64,000 nt of DNA from Treponemataceae bacterium (GTDB lineage Bacteria > Spirochaetota > Spirochaetia > Treponematales > Rectinemataceae). A program made the position numbers and the translations under genes. Below the pieces are notes generated by a model. That model ran no database searches and was not told where the DNA came from. It saw only the letters and a list, made by a program, of their open reading frames with translations. This document shows positions 61,503 to 64,000 of the stretch, piece by piece. Position 1 is the stretch's first letter, and every line of letters begins with the position of its first letter. The stretch lies in contig CAXXVZ010000005.1 of NCBI GenBank assembly GCA_963678065.2, positions 768,001-832,000 of the forward strand, in the 5' to 3' direction.

Positions 61503-62897
61503 GAGGCTCTTTCAAAAGTCATGAGATGAACGAATTTTAATGAAAAGCGGGGACAGAACCTGTATGATGATGTTGCAACACAAACGTCACCAGGAGGAGC
61601 CCCCGCTGATGAAAACCATACCAGAAATACTGGGCGGAGCGCAAATACTTTTGCCGATTTCCTACGATATCCAGCGATGTTTCGAAGAATATCTCACCGA
61701 CGAGCATCGCTTTTTTATCGCCCTGCTCAGAGTCATTGAAGATGCTCAGCCACGGATTACATCACCATGTGCACGGACTGGCCGTCCTCCACATCGGAAC
61801 GAACCGATCATGCGGGCGTTTTTCGCCCGAACGGTATTCCACATAGCGACAGTCACGGACCTTAGGAACAGGCTGATCAACGATCCGAATCTGCGGAGGA
61901 TATGCGGCTTCACCTCCGTTCCAAGCTCTGCGACCTTTTCGCGTCGCTACGCGGAGTTTTCAAAAAAGACTCCGCTGATTCAGACTTTGAATACCATGGT
62001 GAAGGATTGTCATGACGGCCATATCGTCGGACACATAAATCGGGATGCGACGGAGATACGAGCACGAGAAAAACCTGTACCTGCCAAACGTGAAGCTGTT
62101 TCTTCCGTGACACCGCAACGGAAACGAGGTCGTCCCCGAAAAGGAGAAGTTCGGCCTGTGAAGGAGCCGACACAGATAGAAAAGCAAGTCGGCCAAAGCG
62201 TCAGGAAATCCTTGTCAGAACTATCCAAAGACTGTGCATGGGGATGCAAGAAGAACAGCCAGGGGAATAGGGAAACATGGAAAGGATACAAGTTGCACCT
62301 TGATGTCAGCGACACAGGATTCCCTATTTCAGCAGTCGTAACCGGCGCCAATGTTCATGATTCGCAAGTAGCGATTCCTCTGGAAAAGATAACAGAGAAA
62401 AAGGTCCGACATCTGTATTCAGTCATGGACGCTGCATACGATGCGGATCCCATCGCGACCTATATCCAGGGACGTGGGCGTGTTCCGCTGATTGATCGGA
62501 ATACGCGTCGTGGGACGGAACGGGAACCATTTTCGCCGTCACAGAAGGAGCGGTACACAATCAGGACAACGGTTGAACGTGCAAACTCGCATTTGAAGGA
62601 TTGGCTCATACCGGGTCAGATATTTGTACGGGGATTTGAGAAAGTATCATTCCTGCTCATGTGCGGGGTAGTGGTTCTGGCGGCCGTCAAGGCTTTGCAG
62701 TACTTCATCCTTCCCGAACTGCAGAAATCGTAACCGGGCAATCCGGCAGAACCGGATTTTGTAGGGGTAGTCCATCTTTTGCACTGAAAAGAGAGCCCTT
62801 TTTACTGCACATGTAATTTTTACTGTGCAAAAACGAAGCTTCAGTTACAATAACTCGCTTTTTTACAAAGCGGATTACGAAGTTTTGAAAAAGCCTC
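61503..62897 (+). mobile_element. IS5/IS1182-like IS, copy 3, no perfect DR
   Basis: Same TIRs, flanks TATT / TATG. Confidence 0.9.
61609..62733 (+). CDS. DDE transposase (IS5/IS1182-like)
   Basis: Identical to the other copies. Confidence 0.88.
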   Translation: MKTIPEILGGAQILLPISYDIQRCFEEYLTDEHRFFIALLRVIEDAQPRITSPCARTGRPPHRNEPIMRAFFARTVFHIATVTDLRNRLINDPNLRRICGFTSVPSSATFSRRYAEFSKKTPLIQTLNTMVKDCHDGHIVGHINRDATEIRAREKPVPAKREAVSSVTPQRKRGRPRKGEVRPVKEPTQIEKQVGQSVRKSLSELSKDCAWGCKKNSQGNRETWKGYKLHLDVSDTGFPISAVVTGANVHDSQVAIPLEKITEKKVRHLYSVMDAAYDADPIATYIQGRGRVPLIDRNTRRGTEREPFSPSQKERYTIRTTVERANSHLKDWLIPGQIFVRGFEKVSFLLMCGVVVLAAVKALQYFILPELQKS

Positions 62898-63112
62898 TAT
62901 GTTGATTCATTAATTCTATTTTTTAGCAGAACCCATGAAAATATTCCACTTGCAATCAATGATGCACCTATTGATTCAATAATCTGCTTTATATGATTAG
63001 TTATATCAGTATATATATTCCAAATTAATGGGAATAGACATAACAACAGTCCAATAAGGAAAATAATCGCTGATAATAAATTTTCAGTTCTTTGTCTACT
63101 ATTCATTTTCAT
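62898..63112 (-). pseudogene. N-terminal 2-TM fragment of a membrane protein, truncated by IS
   Basis: MKMNSRQ...AIIFLIGLLLCLF...IGASLIASGIFSW. The stop lies at the IS edge. Confidence 0.6.
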
Positions 63113-63456
63113 CTCCAATCTAATTACGCCTAACGTTCGCCTGCCTACGACGTTGTGGCGAGCATCGGCGAGCCACAATGTGCCTGAGCGGAATGAGCGA
63201 TAGCGAGTGCAGCGATGGCCGAAGAAGGAGCCGAAAGGCGACTGATGAGCGTGGGCAGTGCTGTTAGGCGATTTAAGGCGCGATCTTCTATTCCAATTCC
63301 CCATTCTTTGCCTATTCACTTTTTAGTTATACATTACAACTATGTTTGCAATTACAACAAATGATATTCGGTTTATTTATACCTATGACTTATTTATTAT
63401 TTCTATATTCAATAATGAATAATAATCATAGGTACAAATATTCTGGATCTCAGATC

Positions 63457-63807
63457 CTAATACCTGATACTCTCTTTTGCCAGCTCATCTTCAACTGCTT
63501 TTTGGATGAATTGATTCAAAGACAGTCCCATCTGTACTGCCGTTCGTTTCACCTTTCTATGTAAGTCCGATGGTATTCGTACGTTAAAACTTCCCTTATA
63601 TGATTTTTCTATATCTTTATTTCCCCTTTTGCATATATCCACATAATCTTCAACTGCCTCTTCAAATGCCATCTTGAGTTCATTGACGCTTTTGCCTTCA
63701 AATGAGATTAAATCTTCAATTCCTTCAATTTTCCCATAAAAGACTTCATCTTCAGCATTGAAATGGACTGATCCTATATATTCTTTGTACATCATCACAT
63801 CTTTCAT
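63457..63807 (-). CDS. hicB: HicB family antitoxin
   Basis: YKEYIGSV...FYGKI.GI.DLISFEG, YKGSFNVRI. Confidence 0.92.
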   Translation of the reverse strand: MKDVMMYKEYIGSVHFNAEDEVFYGKIEGIEDLISFEGKSVNELKMAFEEAVEDYVDICKRGNKDIEKSYKGSFNVRIPSDLHRKVKRTAVQMGLSLNQFIQKAVEDELAKESIRY

Positions 63808-64000
63808 ATGATCCCCCTTCCCTCTAGTTCTTCCCGAATGAGATCAATTTGATACATTTTTAACTCATTCCCTGGATGTGGCTTATGGAGCCTTATACTA
63901 TGTTTCGTCTTCTCATTATAAAACGCTACTCGTGATCCAGAAGTCTTGCCTTGTTGATCTTCGCTATATCCAAAGCTCTTAAGCATTTTACGTAATTCAT
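63804..64000 (-). CDS. hicA: HicA family toxin (start lies outside the window)
   Basis: GKTSGSRVAF...LHKPHPGNELK.YQ. Confidence 0.9.
   Translation of the reverse strand, partial: ELRKMLKSFGYSEDQQGKTSGSRVAFYNEKTKHSIRLHKPHPGNELKMYQIDLIREELEGRGII

Larger units (their letters stand above)
1021..63269 (-). repeat. attC: attC site family, ~135-143 bp, about 54 copies
   Basis: Copies (+ coordinates, within about 1 bp): 1021-1158, 1279-1417, 2212-2352, 3057-3198, 5133-5267, 8309-8449, 9518-9660, 11887-12027, 12801-12942, 13780-13921, 14719-14861, 15695-15829, 18029-18169, 19070-19210, 19941-20041 (partial), 22486-22626, 23367-23507, 26332-26471, 26590-26730, 27431-27570, 27689-27829, 28573-31153 (split by IS), 31272-31412, 32528-32668, 33512-33653, 34371-34508, 36462-36595, 36720-36859, 36980-37121, 37913-38053, 38726-38867, 43481-43621, 44450-44584, 45260-45398, 45518-45658, 46258-46395, 46515-46650, 46770-46908, 47030-47168, 47287-47430, 48248-48385, 48504-48644, 48769-48910, 49595-49734, 51710-51838, 52544-52682, 52801-52940, 53434-53575, 54291-54429, 54549-54686, 54807-57397 (split by IS), 58150-58290, 60717-60851, 63128-63269. 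Arms are complementary (e.g. CTGCCTACG/CGTGGGCAG). Confidence 0.93.
1..64000 (-). mobile_element. Integron gene-cassette array (super-integron-like), internal segment with no intI in the window
   Basis: About 54 repeats bounded by RYYTAAC...GTTARRY separate 1-3 gene cassettes that are nearly all co-oriented on the minus strand. Stop codons often fall in or next to the TAAC core. Confidence 0.95.

Noticed and set aside
5596..62351. Long antisense or overlapping ORFs within IS elements and the intron (e.g. 6346-7125, 20933-21568, 28748-29551)
   Set aside because: They are shadow frames of GC-richer genes with no recognisable motifs.
1021..63269. CRISPR array interpretation of the dispersed repeat
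   Set aside because: Repeats are ~140 bp with attC cores and separate whole genes, and there are no cas genes.
950..63319. Many recurrent ORFs such as LTFACLRRCGEHRRATMCL and MDGETSLPIQARSKVTTATN
   Set aside because: They are translations of attC and hairpin-cassette DNA. Frames, starts and lengths vary between copies, and variants 2 and 3 do not conserve them.
1..64000. Integron integrase or primary attI
   Set aside because: No tyrosine recombinase ORF is in the window.
1..64000. Taxonomic assignment (e.g. spirochaete)
   Set aside because: There are no core genes in the window, so any assignment would be a guess.

Overview
The whole window is an internal segment of a very large integron gene-cassette array (super-integron type). 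It holds about 54 attC sites of about 135-143 bp, with cassette genes almost all on the minus strand. No integrase is present, so intI/attI should lie beyond the right end. Cargo is 15 type II toxin-antitoxin pairs plus a Fic gene, GNATs, methyltransferases, a nitroreductase, a pentapeptide-repeat protein, TfoX, and a few candidate defence modules. The array carries 12 IS copies (IS21, ISAzo13, ISL3, IS1634, IS5/IS1182-like), a 184-bp MITE and an RmInt1-like group II intron. The most unusual signals are: (1) a ~135-bp ORF-less cassette in 14 near-identical copies plus two sequence-divergent homologues that keep the same two-stem fold by compensatory changes; (2) cassette-specific 17-23 bp terminal inverted repeats with a fixed mismatch on nearly every cassette; (3) ORF-less scaffold cassettes with an internal attI-like site that has captured other cassettes; (4) a class-D-like intron and three IS21 copies inserted inside attC sites. 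Family calls come from motif recognition by eye, and no searches were run. The host cannot be identified from this window.
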